64,000 nt of DNA. It comes from Clostridia bacterium (lineage in GTDB: Bacteria > Bacillota > Clostridia > Christensenellales > QALW01). The position numbers and the translations under genes were made by a program. Location: contig JAFVVO010000025.1 of NCBI GenBank assembly GCA_017502165.1, positions 8,854 to 72,853 of the forward strand. Reading direction: 5' to 3'. This document shows positions 23,004 to 32,872 of this stretch, piece by piece; position 1 is the first letter of the stretch; the number at the start of each line of letters is the position of its first letter. The notes under the pieces were generated by a model. The model worked only from the letters and a program-made list of their open reading frames with translations, was not told where the DNA came from and did not search any database.

Positions 23004-24191
23004 TTACAATATCGAGTTTCGGTTCTCCTCAAGATAATCCAGCAGAACCTCCGAAACGTTTTCGCAATCGCCCGAATTTACCGCTTTAAGCAAAAATTCC
23101 TTGGCAAAATGAATTTTCTTTCCCTTAAAGCCTGCCCTGCGGATAAGCTCGCCGTTTAATTGCAGGTCCTTAAGTAAAATGCAGGTTTCGGCAATTTCGT
23201 AGGTAAGGGCGTAAGCCTCGACAGTTTCTTTTTTTGTGCAAACGAGATATTTAACGAAAAATAGCACCGCTTCTTTGGAAAATTCGTTCATCAGCGCCTG
23301 CAGAAATTCTCTGTCACGCTTAAAGGGGATTGAAAGCATTTGCTTTAACAAAAGTATTTTCTTCTTCAGCTTGTTGTCGGCGCGCAACCTGAGAAGCTCC
23401 TGCTCGGTGTTTGCCGAAAACAGAATAAAGGCTAAAACCAGGTCGCCGTCACCTTCCGCAAGACGAGCACAATCGCAAATCTGTTTCCACTGCCTTTTGC
23501 TTGTCTTAAGCGTGGGAAAAATAGCGGAGAAAACGGGAAGCGTTTTTCGCATTATTTCGGGACAGTTCTCAAGAAAAACCATTTTTTTAAGCTCTGCAAA
23601 AATTCTTTCGTAAGCCACGTTTTTAAGGTTTTCGGCAAGCCTGTTGCACCACAAAAGAGTGTTTTTCTCTAAAGAAAAGCCCTTATTAGACGCAAAACGA
23701 AGCCCTCGCATAATACGCAGAGCGTCCTCGGAAAATCTTTCCTTAGGATTGCCTACAGAGCGGATAATTTTATCCTTTAAGTCCTTTCTGCCGTCGAAAT
23801 AATCAATAATATTGCCGTTTGAATCAAGAGCCATTGCGTTAACGGTAAAATCGCGGCGCGCCAGATCCTGCTTCAGCGAAGAGGTAAAGGTAACGCTTTC
23901 GGGGTGGCGGGAATCGGAATATTCTCCGTCAATACGGAAGGTGGTGATCTCTATCATTTCACCGTTTCTGATAACTCCCACCGTGCCGTGCTTTAAGCCT
24001 CGCAGATTAAGCCTGAAGGACGAAAAAACGTCAATAATTTCATCGGGAGTGGCGTTGGTGGTAACGTCAAAATCGTTGGGAATTTTGTTAAGAAGATAGT
24101 CGCGCACGCAGCCGCCTACCGCATAGGCCTCAAAGCCTGCTTCAAGCAGGGAAGCAATAATAAAATTAACGTTTCCAACCAAACGACTCAC
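23004..24191 (-). CDS. cca: CCA tRNA nucleotidyltransferase
   Basis: GGCVRDYLLNKIPNDFDVTT matches the PolyA_pol head-domain motif. 395 aa. The start codon is uncertain (GTG 24191 or TTG 24182). Confidence 0.8.
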   Translation of the reverse strand: MSRLVGNVNFIIASLLEAGFEAYAVGGCVRDYLLNKIPNDFDVTTNATPDEIIDVFSSFRLNLRGLKHGTVGVIRNGEMIEITTFRIDGEYSDSRHPESVTFTSSLKQDLARRDFTVNAMALDSNGNIIDYFDGRKDLKDKIIRSVGNPKERFSEDALRIMRGLRFASNKGFSLEKNTLLWCNRLAENLKNVAYERIFAELKKMVFLENCPEIMRKTLPVFSAIFPTLKTSKRQWKQICDCARLAEGDGDLVLAFILFSANTEQELLRLRADNKLKKKILLLKQMLSIPFKRDREFLQALMNEFSKEAVLFFVKYLVCTKKETVEAYALTYEIAETCILLKDLQLNGELIRRAGFKGKKIHFAKEFLLKAVNSGDCENVSEVLLDYLEENRNSIL

Positions 24192-24362
24192 CTCTTTTTT
24201 TGTAGAATTAAATAATATTTACTTATATAGTATAGCATTAAAAAATTTTTCGTCAACAAACAACTTTTCCTTGAAAAAGAAGAAAGTGTATGGTAAAATA
24301 ATTATGTTCGGCTCAAAAAGACGTGCCGACATTAACAGATAAATTATTTTCAGGAGAAATTT

Positions 24363-24887
24363 ATGAAAAAATTAGAAGATTACGTTATTACTATACCCGA
24401 TTTTCCCGAGGAGGGCATACTGTTTCGTGACGTTACGGGAATTTTGCAGTCTGCTGAAGGCTTCAAGCTTGCCATCGACGAGCTTGCTAAGCTTTTAGAG
24501 GGCGTTGAGTGTGACGTTATTGCAGGAACTGAATCCCGCGGCTTTATTTTCGGCGCACCTCTTGCTTATAAATTAGGCAAGCCTTTTGCACTTTTAAGAA
24601 AAAAGGGTAAGCTTCCGAGAGAAACCATTTCAAAGGAATATGACTTAGAATACGGCACCGCCGAAATAGAAATTCATAAAGACGCCATTAAACCCGGCGA
24701 AAAGGTTGTTATGGTTGACGATTTAATTGCAACCGGTGGAACAATTAAGGCCTGCTGTGAGCTCGTTGAGGAGCTTGGCGGCGTAATTTCCAAGGCATTA
24801 TTTGTTATTGAGCTTAAGGGACTTAACGGCAGAGAAGCGCTTAAGGGTTACGACGTGGCAAGCGTTATTGCTTACGACGGTAAATAA
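24363..24887 (+). CDS. apt: Adenine phosphoribosyltransferase
   Basis: 174 aa. Contains the PRPP motif [13 protein letters not shown] and an FRDVTGIL N-terminus. Confidence 0.9.
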   Translation: MKKLEDYVITIPDFPEEGILFRDVTGILQSAEGFKLAIDELAKLLEGVECDVIAGTESRGFIFGAPLAYKLGKPFALLRKKGKLPRETISKEYDLEYGTAEIEIHKDAIKPGEKVVMVDDLIATGGTIKACCELVEELGGVISKALFVIELKGLNGREALKGYDVASVIAYDGK

Positions 24888-24937
24888 TTTTTCAAAAAAA
24901 GCTAACAATAAAAATAAAACAAAAAGGAGAATATGCT

Positions 24938-25093
24938 ATGAAATACGTTTGTGACGTTTGCGGCTGGGTTTATGATGAAGAGCTTGGCTATGCTGAGGGC
25001 GGAATTGCCCCGGGAACAAAATTTGAGGATTTACCCGAGGATTTTGCTTGCGCTCTTTGCGGAGTAGGCAAGGATAATTTCAGTCAGGAATAA
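24938..25093 (+). CDS. Rubredoxin
   Basis: A 51-aa ORF missing from the ORF track because it is under 60 aa. [15 protein letters not shown]...[13 protein letters not shown] carries two CxxC pairs. RBS AAAGGAGAA. Confidence 0.85.
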   Translation: MKYVCDVCGWVYDEELGYAEGGIAPGTKFEDLPEDFACALCGVGKDNFSQE

Positions 25094-25138
25094 TAAGCAA
25101 AGCTCCCGCACAGCCGGGGGTTTTCTTTTAGGTGAAAT

Positions 25139-25876
25139 ATGATAAAAATACAGAATCTTTTAGAAGAGCTTGATGCGCTTTTAGGCAGAAACGATTATTC
25201 TTCCGCCCTTGAGCTTTTGCTTAGGGCAGAGCAAAACGTCCAAGAGGATCATTCTGCCTTGGTAACGGTTTATAATGAGCTGATAGGCTTAAACAGAAAG
25301 CTTAACAGAGAGGCTGACGCTCTGCTTTACAGTAAAAAGGCACTGGAGCTTCTTGATAGAATAGGCGAAAATACCGTTGCAGGCGCCACTACGCAAATAA
25401 ATGCCGCAACGGCATTTAAGGCCTTCGGCAGAGCGGAGGAAAGCATTGAGCTTTTCCGAAAAGCCAGAAAAACATACGAGGAAAAATTGTCTGAAAACGA
25501 CGGCCGTTTAGGCGGTCTTTACAACAATATGGCGCTGACGCTTGTTGACCTTAAAAAATTTCAGGAAGCGCGAGAGCTTTATTCTCTGGCACTTATTCAA
25601 TGCGATAAGCAGAAAAACGGTGTTTGGGAAAGGGCAATAACCCTTCTTAATCTTGCTTCCTTGGTTGAAGAGGAAAAAGGACTTGAAGATGGGTGCGAGG
25701 AAATAGAGGAGCTAACCCGGAAGGCAGAAGAAAGCCTTAATGAAAAAGCTGATTTTTCCAGCGGTTATTACGCCTTTGTTTGCGAAAAATGCGCAACGGT
25801 GTTCGGCTATTACGGGCATTTTGCCTTCGAAGCGGAATTAAAGGAAAGGGCAAGGAAAATTTATGAACGGACTTGA
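25139..25876 (+). CDS. TPR repeat protein
   Basis: 245 aa, helical, with repeats resembling TPR units. Confidence 0.55.
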   Translation: MIKIQNLLEELDALLGRNDYSSALELLLRAEQNVQEDHSALVTVYNELIGLNRKLNREADALLYSKKALELLDRIGENTVAGATTQINAATAFKAFGRAEESIELFRKARKTYEEKLSENDGRLGGLYNNMALTLVDLKKFQEARELYSLALIQCDKQKNGVWERAITLLNLASLVEEEKGLEDGCEEIEELTRKAEESLNEKADFSSGYYAFVCEKCATVFGYYGHFAFEAELKERARKIYERT

Positions 25877-26798
25877 AATATCAAAGCAATTCTATCTTGA
25901 ATTCGGCGCCGCAGCAATCAAAGAAAAAGCGCCTCACCTTGAGCATCTTCTGGCGGTAGGGCTTTGCGGAAGCGGCTCGGAATGCTACGGCTTTGACGAT
26001 GAAATTTCCCGTGACCACGATTTTGAGCCGGGCTTTTGTATTTTTCTGCCCGGCGAAACGGACAGAAAGGACGTTTTTTTATTAGAAAGAGCCTATGCGT
26101 CGCTTCCTAAGGAGTTTATGGGGTTGAAGAGAAGCCTTGTTTCTCCCGTTGGCGGAAGCCGACACGGAGTAATTTTGCTTGAGGATTTCTTTATGCAAAA
26201 GGCAGGAACACCTAACGGCGAAATGTCACTTTTTGATTGGTGCAAAATTGAAATGAGCGCCTTGTTTGAGGCGGTTAACGGTGAAATTTTCGTTGATAAT
26301 TTGGGAGAGGTTACAAGCATAAGAGAAAAGCTTAAAAATATGCCCGAGGACGCAAGATTAAAGCGCCTTGCATCAAATTTACTTATTTGCGCCCAAAGCG
26401 GACAATATAATTATTCCCGCTTGATTCTGCGCGGAGAAAACGGTGCGGCACAGCTTGCACTTTTCGAATTTGTAAAGGCGGCAATAAACGTGGCGTTTTT
26501 GCTTGAGAAGAAATTTCCGCCGTACTATAAATGGGTATTTAAGGCTATGGAAAGCCTTAAAACCTTTTCAAAAATCAAAGAGCCCTTGGAGTTTTTGATT
26601 TCAACGGAAAATTCCGAGGAAATGGCACCGTTCAAAACACAGATAATTCAGGATATAAGCGCCCTTTTTGCCGAAGAATTAAAAAGACAGGGAATTACCA
26701 AGGCAAGCTGTACGGATTTAGAGCAGCACGCCTATTCGGTTAACGATTTTATTTCAGATTCCTCTCTTCGCAATGAGCATATTTTGTTTTGTGTGTAG
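25863..26798 (+). CDS. DUF4037 domain protein (nucleotidyltransferase-like)
   Basis: LCGSGSECYGFDDEISRDHDFEPGF is characteristic of DUF4037. It overlaps the upstream TPR gene by 14 nt. Confidence 0.65.
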   Translation: MNGLEISKQFYLEFGAAAIKEKAPHLEHLLAVGLCGSGSECYGFDDEISRDHDFEPGFCIFLPGETDRKDVFLLERAYASLPKEFMGLKRSLVSPVGGSRHGVILLEDFFMQKAGTPNGEMSLFDWCKIEMSALFEAVNGEIFVDNLGEVTSIREKLKNMPEDARLKRLASNLLICAQSGQYNYSRLILRGENGAAQLALFEFVKAAINVAFLLEKKFPPYYKWVFKAMESLKTFSKIKEPLEFLISTENSEEMAPFKTQIIQDISALFAEELKRQGITKASCTDLEQHAYSVNDFISDSSLRNEHILFCV

Positions 26799-26854
26799 TA
26801 AAAACAATCGCAAAGAATTGCTGATAAAAAACGGCGACAATAAATACGGAGCAA

Positions 26855-26887
26855 AATCGGACAATGCTTTCATTGTCCGATTTTTTA
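26855..26887 (+). terminator. Intrinsic terminator
   Basis: ATCGGACAATG ctttc CATTGTCCGAT followed by T6. Confidence 0.65.
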
Positions 26888-26988
26888 ATGGTTTGTGTTG
26901 CAAATACGTTTGTTATGTGATATAATAATTTAAGTTCCATAGCTAATGATAAAAGCCGACAAAGTACGTGCTTTGGGAGAAATATAAT

Positions 26989-27423
26989 ATGAAATTACAG
27001 GTTAAAAAGCTAAACGAAAAGGCTATTATTCCCACCTACGGTACAGAATTTTCCGCAGGGGCGGATTTGTACGCCTTGGAGGATTCTTCCGTTACAATTG
27101 GTCCTAACGAAACAAAATTTATCCATACCGGCATCTGCCTTGCAATTCCCTCAGGATACGTGGGCTTGATCTATGCCCGAAGCGGTTTAGCCTGCAAAAA
27201 GGATCTGGCACCTGCTAATAAGGTAGGCGTAATTGACAGCGATTACCGTGGTGAAATTATTGTAGCGCTTCACAATCACGGGGGCGAAGAAAGAATTATT
27301 GAAAGCGGTGAGCGTATTGCACAGCTCGTTATTACGCCTTATATAACCGCCGAGTTTGAGCTTGCCCAAGAGCTTGATGAAACTGCAAGAGGCCTTGGCG
27401 GCTTTGGCTCAACGGGAAAATAG
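26989..27423 (+). CDS. dut: dUTP diphosphatase
   Basis: Contains the dUTPase motifs AGADL, GVIDSDYRGEI and RGLGGFGSTG. Start set at ATG 26989 after GGGAGA. Confidence 0.9.
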   Translation: MKLQVKKLNEKAIIPTYGTEFSAGADLYALEDSSVTIGPNETKFIHTGICLAIPSGYVGLIYARSGLACKKDLAPANKVGVIDSDYRGEIIVALHNHGGEERIIESGERIAQLVITPYITAEFELAQELDETARGLGGFGSTGK

Positions 27424-27515
27424 TCCTAAAAGTAAAGCGGCGAAATATAATTTATTGACCGCTATTTTGTTGACGAATTGTTTTTATTGATTTATTGTTT
27501 GTCGAGGAGTAAAAA

Positions 27516-28058
27516 ATGGTTTATTTAGCAGCAGCAATCGGATTTTTCGAGCGTTTTTGGCATCAGATTTTAATAATCGCACTTTCCTGCGTACCGCTTA
27601 TTGAGTCAAGATACGCTATTGTTTTAGGAATAGGCTTGTTCCCTGAATTAACCGTAGTTGAATTATTTATTTTAACACAGCTTGGTGCGTGTTTAACCGG
27701 ACTTGTTATCTTGCTGCTTCTTCGAACTGTTTTTAATTGGATGAAAACTACAAAGGTTTTTAGGCACCTTGTTGAAAAGCTTGAGGAGCACGGCTTAAAA
27801 AAAGGAAAAAGCTTAGAAGAAAAAATGAATTCTTCAAAAAACGAAAAAGCAAGAGCGTGGGCATCGGCAATCGGTGTATTCCTTTTTGTTGCCATTCCCC
27901 TGCCGGGAACGGGAGTTTGGACCGGCTGCTTGGTAGCAACCCTTCTTAATATTCGCTTTAAGTACGCATTCCCTGCAGTATGCTTAGGAAGTATAGTGGC
28001 TACCTTGATTATGCTTGCCTTCAGCAGCGTTTTCTTCCCGGGAGTTCAATTATGGTAA
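27516..28058 (+). CDS. COG2426-type small membrane protein (putative small multidrug export protein)
   Basis: 180 aa. Contains ESRYAI and PLPGTGVWTG motifs. Confidence 0.6.
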   Translation: MVYLAAAIGFFERFWHQILIIALSCVPLIESRYAIVLGIGLFPELTVVELFILTQLGACLTGLVILLLLRTVFNWMKTTKVFRHLVEKLEEHGLKKGKSLEEKMNSSKNEKARAWASAIGVFLFVAIPLPGTGVWTGCLVATLLNIRFKYAFPAVCLGSIVATLIMLAFSSVFFPGVQLW

Positions 28059-30265
28059 AATTAGTCGGAGAGGTTGAAGGTATTATCTACCGCAACGAAG
28101 ACACGGGCTATACAGTGTTCGTTCTTTCCGCAGACCAAGAATTTGAAACAGTAACAGGCACCTTCCCGCTAATCAGGGAAGGTGATTTTGTAGAGCTGAC
28201 GGGCGAATTTTTACTTCACGAGGTTTACGGAAAGCAGTTTAAGGCAACGTCCTACGAGATGGTTACGCCCAAAACAATCGACGAAATCGAAGCCTATCTT
28301 GCTTCCGGCATAATTCGCGGTGTCGGCCCCAAGGTTGCAAGGGATATTGTGGATTATTTCGGCACCAAGGCGCTGGAAATAATTGAGCATTCGCCCGAGG
28401 AGCTTTGTCTTGTGCAGGGCATCGGCAAAAAGAAGGCGGCGGTTATTGCCGAATCCTTCGGTGAGCTTTTAGGTGCCCAAAGAACTGTGATGTTTTTACA
28501 AAAATACGGTCTTACACCTAATATGGCGCTTAAAATATACGCCTTTTACGGTGATTCCACCATTTCCGTTTTGCAGGAAAATCCCTATAAAATGGTTAAT
28601 GATATTGATGGCATTGGCTTTTTAACTGCAGATAAAATGGCGTCAAGTATGGGCGTTAAGAAAGATTCCCATTTCAGAATAAGCGCCTGCTTCCGCCACG
28701 CCTTAACAGAGGCAGGAAGCGAAGGACACGTGTTTTTGCCTGAGGAGGTGCTCCTGAACAGAGCGGCACTTCTTCTCGGTATAGATAAAGAAAATATCCG
28801 CGCTCACATAATGCAATCTGCAAATGAGCAGAGTATAGTTATAAGAGTGATTCAAGGTGTACGAGCGATCTATCATCCTGCGTTTTTCTATGCGGAATCC
28901 ATGGTAGCAGGAGGTTTGCTTTTCCTTGAGGCGTCTGCAAAGGGTGAAAAGGAAAAACGGATACTTAAAGAAATTGAAGCCTATGAGCAGGAGAAAAAAA
29001 TAACTCTGGCGGAAAACCAGCGTTTAGCGGCTTCCCAGGCGGTTGAAAAGGGCGTTTGCGTTATTACGGGAGGTCCCGGTACGGGAAAAACCACCACGTT
29101 AGACTGTATTTTGCATCTGTTCCGCAAGCGCGGCTTAAGCATTGCTCTCTGCGCACCTACGGGCAGGGCGGCAAAAAGAATGGCAATAGCAACGGGCGAA
29201 GATGCTAAAACCATTCACCGCTTATTAGAATACAGTAAAAATGAAAGCGGATTTGCTTTTAAGCGCAATAAGGAAAAACCCGTAGATTGCGACGTTTGTA
29301 TCGTTGACGAAGCAAGTATGATAGATATTTTCCTTATGCAGTCTCTTCTTGAAGGACTTAAAAAGGGAACCCGTCTTATTTTGGTAGGTGACTCCGACCA
29401 GCTTCCGTCTGTTGGAGCGGGCAACGTTCTTGGAGATATTATTGCTTCGGGCGTTTTTCCCACGGTAAAGCTTGACAGAATTTTCCGTCAGGCAAAGGAA
29501 AGCACGATAGTTACCAACGCACACAAAATAAATAACGGACTTGCTCCCGAGGTTAACGTTAAGGGGGGAGACTTTTTCCTTGACCGACGCTTCTCTGAGC
29601 AGGAAATAGCAAAAACCGTTGTGGATTTATGCCTTAACCGACTTCCAAAGGCTTACGGTATTGAGCCGCTTCGGGATATTCAGGTGCTTACGCCCATAAA
29701 AAAAGGCACCTGCGGAGTTTTCAACCTTAATAAAATTCTTCAGCAGGCGCTTAATCCTGCGGATAAAAATAAGCCTGAAAAGGTGTTTGGCGAAATTGTT
29801 TTCCGTAAGGGTGACAAGGTTATGCAGATACGGAATAATTACGATCTGGAATGGAAAAGCTTTGATTCCTACGGCAATTTTGTCTCAGGTACGGGCGTGT
29901 TTAACGGTGACAGCGGAATAATAACTGATATAGATTCAGCAAGCCGAGAAATGACCGTGGTATTTGACGACGAAAAGGTTTGCGTCTATTCCTTCGATAT
30001 TTTAGAGGACCTTTCCTTAGCCTACGCCATAAGCGTGCATAAGAGCCAGGGAAGTGAGTTTCCCTTTGTGATTATGCCGCTTCCTCAGGGTGAGGTGCGT
30101 GTTATGACGAGAAATCTCTTCTATACCGCAGTAACCCGTGCGTCGAAAATGGTGGTGCTTTGCGGAAGAGAGGAATCTATCAATTCAATGATACAAAATA
30201 CCGATACCCAAAAGAGATATTCCGACCTTGCCAATAAGCTGAGAACGGGAATGGAAATGTTGTAA
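28052..30265 (+). CDS. recD2: RecD2-type ATP-dependent DNA helicase
   Basis: Walker A GGPGTGKTT, the DEASM box, an HhH region (GIGKKKA) and a C-terminal SVHKSQGSEF motif. The start ATG overlaps the upstream stop. Confidence 0.85.
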   Translation: MVKLVGEVEGIIYRNEDTGYTVFVLSADQEFETVTGTFPLIREGDFVELTGEFLLHEVYGKQFKATSYEMVTPKTIDEIEAYLASGIIRGVGPKVARDIVDYFGTKALEIIEHSPEELCLVQGIGKKKAAVIAESFGELLGAQRTVMFLQKYGLTPNMALKIYAFYGDSTISVLQENPYKMVNDIDGIGFLTADKMASSMGVKKDSHFRISACFRHALTEAGSEGHVFLPEEVLLNRAALLLGIDKENIRAHIMQSANEQSIVIRVIQGVRAIYHPAFFYAESMVAGGLLFLEASAKGEKEKRILKEIEAYEQEKKITLAENQRLAASQAVEKGVCVITGGPGTGKTTTLDCILHLFRKRGLSIALCAPTGRAAKRMAIATGEDAKTIHRLLEYSKNESGFAFKRNKEKPVDCDVCIVDEASMIDIFLMQSLLEGLKKGTRLILVGDSDQLPSVGAGNVLGDIIASGVFPTVKLDRIFRQAKESTIVTNAHKINNGLAPEVNVKGGDFFLDRRFSEQEIAKTVVDLCLNRLPKAYGIEPLRDIQVLTPIKKGTCGVFNLNKILQQALNPADKNKPEKVFGEIVFRKGDKVMQIRNNYDLEWKSFDSYGNFVSGTGVFNGDSGIITDIDSASREMTVVFDDEKVCVYSFDILEDLSLAYAISVHKSQGSEFPFVIMPLPQGEVRVMTRNLFYTAVTRASKMVVLCGREESINSMIQNTDTQKRYSDLANKLRTGMEML

Positions 30266-30333
30266 AAATTAAAAAATACCCCCCAAAAGTAACATAATTA
30301 TTAAAAATTTTTTAATGTTTTTGAAAAAAATAG

Positions 30334-30362
30334 TTGCAATAGGGTTTTTGATGGTGTATAAT
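30334..30362 (+). promoter_or_regulatory. Candidate sigma-A promoter with a roughly 125-nt leader
   Basis: TTGCAA, a 17-nt spacer, then TATAAT. Confidence 0.45.
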
Positions 30363-30489
30363 ATTTCTGTTGACGAAAGTTTATAATGGATTATGGTTAA
30401 GCCCGAACCTTCTGCTTGGATAATGAAGCCCATTTGACCCAGTATAACACTTGCGCGTGCAACAAAAATAAAAATGGGGGACATATTCA

Positions 30490-30762
30490 ATGTACGAAGA
30501 CAAGACTTTAGTGTGCAAAGAGTGCGGCAAAGAATTCGTTTTCACTGCAGGTGAGCAGGAATTCTATGCTGAAAAAGGTCTCAAGAACGAGCCCGGCCGT
30601 TGCCGTGAATGCCGTCAGGCAAAGCGTAACGCAAACCGTGGTCCCAGAGAGATGTTTGACGCTGTTTGCGCTGATTGCGGTGCTGCAACAAAGGTACCCT
30701 TCCAGCCTAAGGAAGACAGACCTGTATATTGTGACGAATGCTTTAAGGCACACCGTTCATAA
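30490..30762 (+). CDS. Zinc-ribbon protein (CxxC x4, zf-trcl-like)
   Basis: 90 aa with paired CxxC motifs: CKECG, CRECR, CADCG and CDEC. Confidence 0.6.
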   Translation: MYEDKTLVCKECGKEFVFTAGEQEFYAEKGLKNEPGRCRECRQAKRNANRGPREMFDAVCADCGAATKVPFQPKEDRPVYCDECFKAHRS

Positions 30763-30779
30763 TAATCTTGCAAAAAAAG

Positions 30780-30806
30780 AAGAACCTGCTTGCAGGTTCT
30801 TTTTTC
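30780..30806 (+). terminator. Intrinsic terminator
   Basis: AGAACCTGC ttg CAGGTTCT followed by T6. Confidence 0.7.
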
Positions 30807-30971
30807 ATTTTTGGTTGCTTAGTGTTGCTGCAGGCTCGCAATGCATCGGGAAAGCTTTAGCTCTTGCGGTTGTTTTGTTGCCGAAGGCCATCTGGCTTAA
30901 CAAAGACTATTTGACTTAGTCATAAAAATAAAACGCCCGAAATTTCGGGCGCAGATTAACCGGCGGTTTTA

Positions 30972-31187
30972 TCAGCAGGTGGGTCTGTTCTTTTTGGTTA
31001 CGGGAACCTTTGTTCCGTCGGGATACTGAATAACCGTGGAATCCATTATTCCCGAAAGACTTACGCGGAAGGAAGCACGGTATTCGTTTCTCAGCTCCTC
31101 GCGCTCTGCTTTTTCTTCTTCCGTTAAGCCCTCGGCCTTTGCCTTGCGGGCCAAAAAGTTGATTCTGTCAATTTTCTCTTGCTTCAT
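30972..31187 (-). CDS. DUF896 (UPF0291) family protein
   Basis: 71 aa. MKQEKIDRINFLARKAKAEGLTEEEK is a typical DUF896 sequence. Confidence 0.75.
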   Translation of the reverse strand: MKQEKIDRINFLARKAKAEGLTEEEKAEREELRNEYRASFRVSLSGIMDSTVIQYPDGTKVPVTKKNRPTC

Positions 31188-31189
31188 AA

Positions 31190-31381
31190 TTACTCCTGAG
31201 TAAAACGGTCAATTAAATCTTCAATTTCTCTGACACAGCTTCCGCAGGAAGCACCGCAGCCAAGGCGTTTTTCCAGCTCGCGATAAGACGTGCAACCGCT
31301 TTCCACGGCGGACTTAATATCGTTTAAGCGTACCCGTGCGCAAAAGCAAATTACGGGATTTTCCTGATCAAACTTGTTCAT
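31190..31381 (-). CDS. BFD-like [2Fe-2S]-binding domain protein
   Basis: The Cys pattern CFCARV...CGASCGSC fits a BFD-like domain. Start ATG 31381, directly after the ADH stop. Confidence 0.65.
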   Translation of the reverse strand: MNKFDQENPVICFCARVRLNDIKSAVESGCTSYRELEKRLGCGASCGSCVREIEDLIDRFTQE

Positions 31382-31382
31382 A

Positions 31383-32528
31383 TTACCACAACCTCTTGTA
31401 AAGCTCAATAACGTCGCTTAATGTGGGAACGCGGGGGTTAGTGGCGGTACAACCGTCCTTAAGAGCCGCCTCCGCCATTTCGGGAATGCGTGCCTCGTAT
31501 TCCTCTTGAGAAATTGAAAGTATGTCGCGAAGGTGCAGGGGAATATTCATTTCCTCTGCCATAAAGCGCATATAGTTGGCAAGAGAGTGAATAGTTGTAA
31601 CCTCATTCATACCGCCCAAGCCAAGTGAACGGGCAATATTACAGTATTTTCTAACGTATGGCTCGTAGTCCTTACGGCTACGTGAATATTTGGTAACGTT
31701 GCAGTTATATTCAATAACGATGGGAAGAAGCATTGCGTTGGCTCTGCCGTGGGGAATATGAAATTCAGCGCCAAGCTGATGTGCCATACCGTGATTAAGA
31801 CCTAATGAGGCAGAGTTAAATGCCAAGCCTGCAAGGCAGGAGGCAATGTGCATTTTTCTTCTTGCGTGAGAGTCGTTATTATCTGAATAGGAGCGGAAAA
31901 GGAACTGACCGCAGATTTCTACCGATTTTTCTGCCAAAGCCCCTGAAAATTCGTTATTGTTTGTGGAAACGTAGGCTTCAATAGCGTGGGTAAGCACGTC
32001 CATACCCGTATCGGCGGTTACGCTTGCAGGCACGCTCTTAACTAAAACCTCGTCCAAAATGGCTTCATCGGGAGTCATATCGGGAGAAACCAGAGGAATC
32101 TTTGAATGGGTCTCGGTATCTGTTATAACCGAGAATGAGGTAACCTCACTGCCCGTTCCGCTTGTGGTGGGAACTGCAATAAGACGGGGCATAAAGCCTG
32201 AATCGATTTGGTTTGCAATTTTGCGTACAGCCTTTGCTAAGTCCATTGCGCTTCCGCCGCCAACGGCAACGATGCAATCGGGATAATATTTCATAACCGC
32301 GGCAATGCCGGCAATAACCTTTTCGGTGGTGGGATCGGCAACGATATCTGTGTAAACCTCGAAATCAATACCTGCTCTGTCAAGAGGTCTGGTAAGGTAG
32401 CGGATAAGATTGCTCTGTACTACGAAGGGGTCGGCAAAGATAAAGAGCCTTTTGCAATCCAATTCGGAAAGACGGTCCAAAGCATTCTCACCAAAGTATA
32501 TGTCGGTCATTACCTCAAATTTTTTCAT
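31383..32528 (-). CDS. Iron-containing alcohol dehydrogenase
   Basis: 381 aa with Fe-ADH signatures GGGSAMDLAK and the histidine cluster HGMAHQLG...HG. Confidence 0.85.
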   Translation of the reverse strand: MKKFEVMTDIYFGENALDRLSELDCKRLFIFADPFVVQSNLIRYLTRPLDRAGIDFEVYTDIVADPTTEKVIAGIAAVMKYYPDCIVAVGGGSAMDLAKAVRKIANQIDSGFMPRLIAVPTTSGTGSEVTSFSVITDTETHSKIPLVSPDMTPDEAILDEVLVKSVPASVTADTGMDVLTHAIEAYVSTNNNEFSGALAEKSVEICGQFLFRSYSDNNDSHARRKMHIASCLAGLAFNSASLGLNHGMAHQLGAEFHIPHGRANAMLLPIVIEYNCNVTKYSRSRKDYEPYVRKYCNIARSLGLGGMNEVTTIHSLANYMRFMAEEMNIPLHLRDILSISQEEYEARIPEMAEAALKDGCTATNPRVPTLSDVIELYKRLW

Positions 32529-32629
32529 ATTTTTGCTCCTGTGGTCTATAATATGTCAATATTAGTATAACATCTCTCTTCCACAAAGTCAAGAAGAAAT
32601 CCAACAAAAACAACAAAAAAACAGATTTT

Positions 32630-32710
32630 TTAGCAGATAATCAAAAGTCCGAGAAAGGCAAAAACAAGTAATGCAACGGTCGTAATAAAGAAATTACTGT
32701 CATTTCTCAT
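32630..32710 (-). CDS. Candidate 26-aa hydrophobic peptide
   Basis: MRNDSNFFITTVALLVFAFLGLLIIC, preceded by AGAGGTGA 5 nt upstream. Too short for the ORF track. Confidence 0.3.
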   Translation of the reverse strand: MRNDSNFFITTVALLVFAFLGLLIIC

Positions 32711-32872
32711 AAAATCACCTCTTTTTAATTAGTTTTTCATTAAATTCACTAAAAAAACAAGAAAAATTTGTAATTGTTTAGTTGAAATATTCTCAGTATT
32801 TTGGTATAATACAATGTGGAATGCCTTGCAGAAAGGCAAGAAAACACCACAAAAAGAAAGGGGGATACCGTT

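Noticed and set aside
30363-30489. The roughly 125-nt leader of the zinc-ribbon gene as a riboswitch.
   Set aside because: I could find no convincing conserved aptamer motif or terminator/antiterminator pair by eye.
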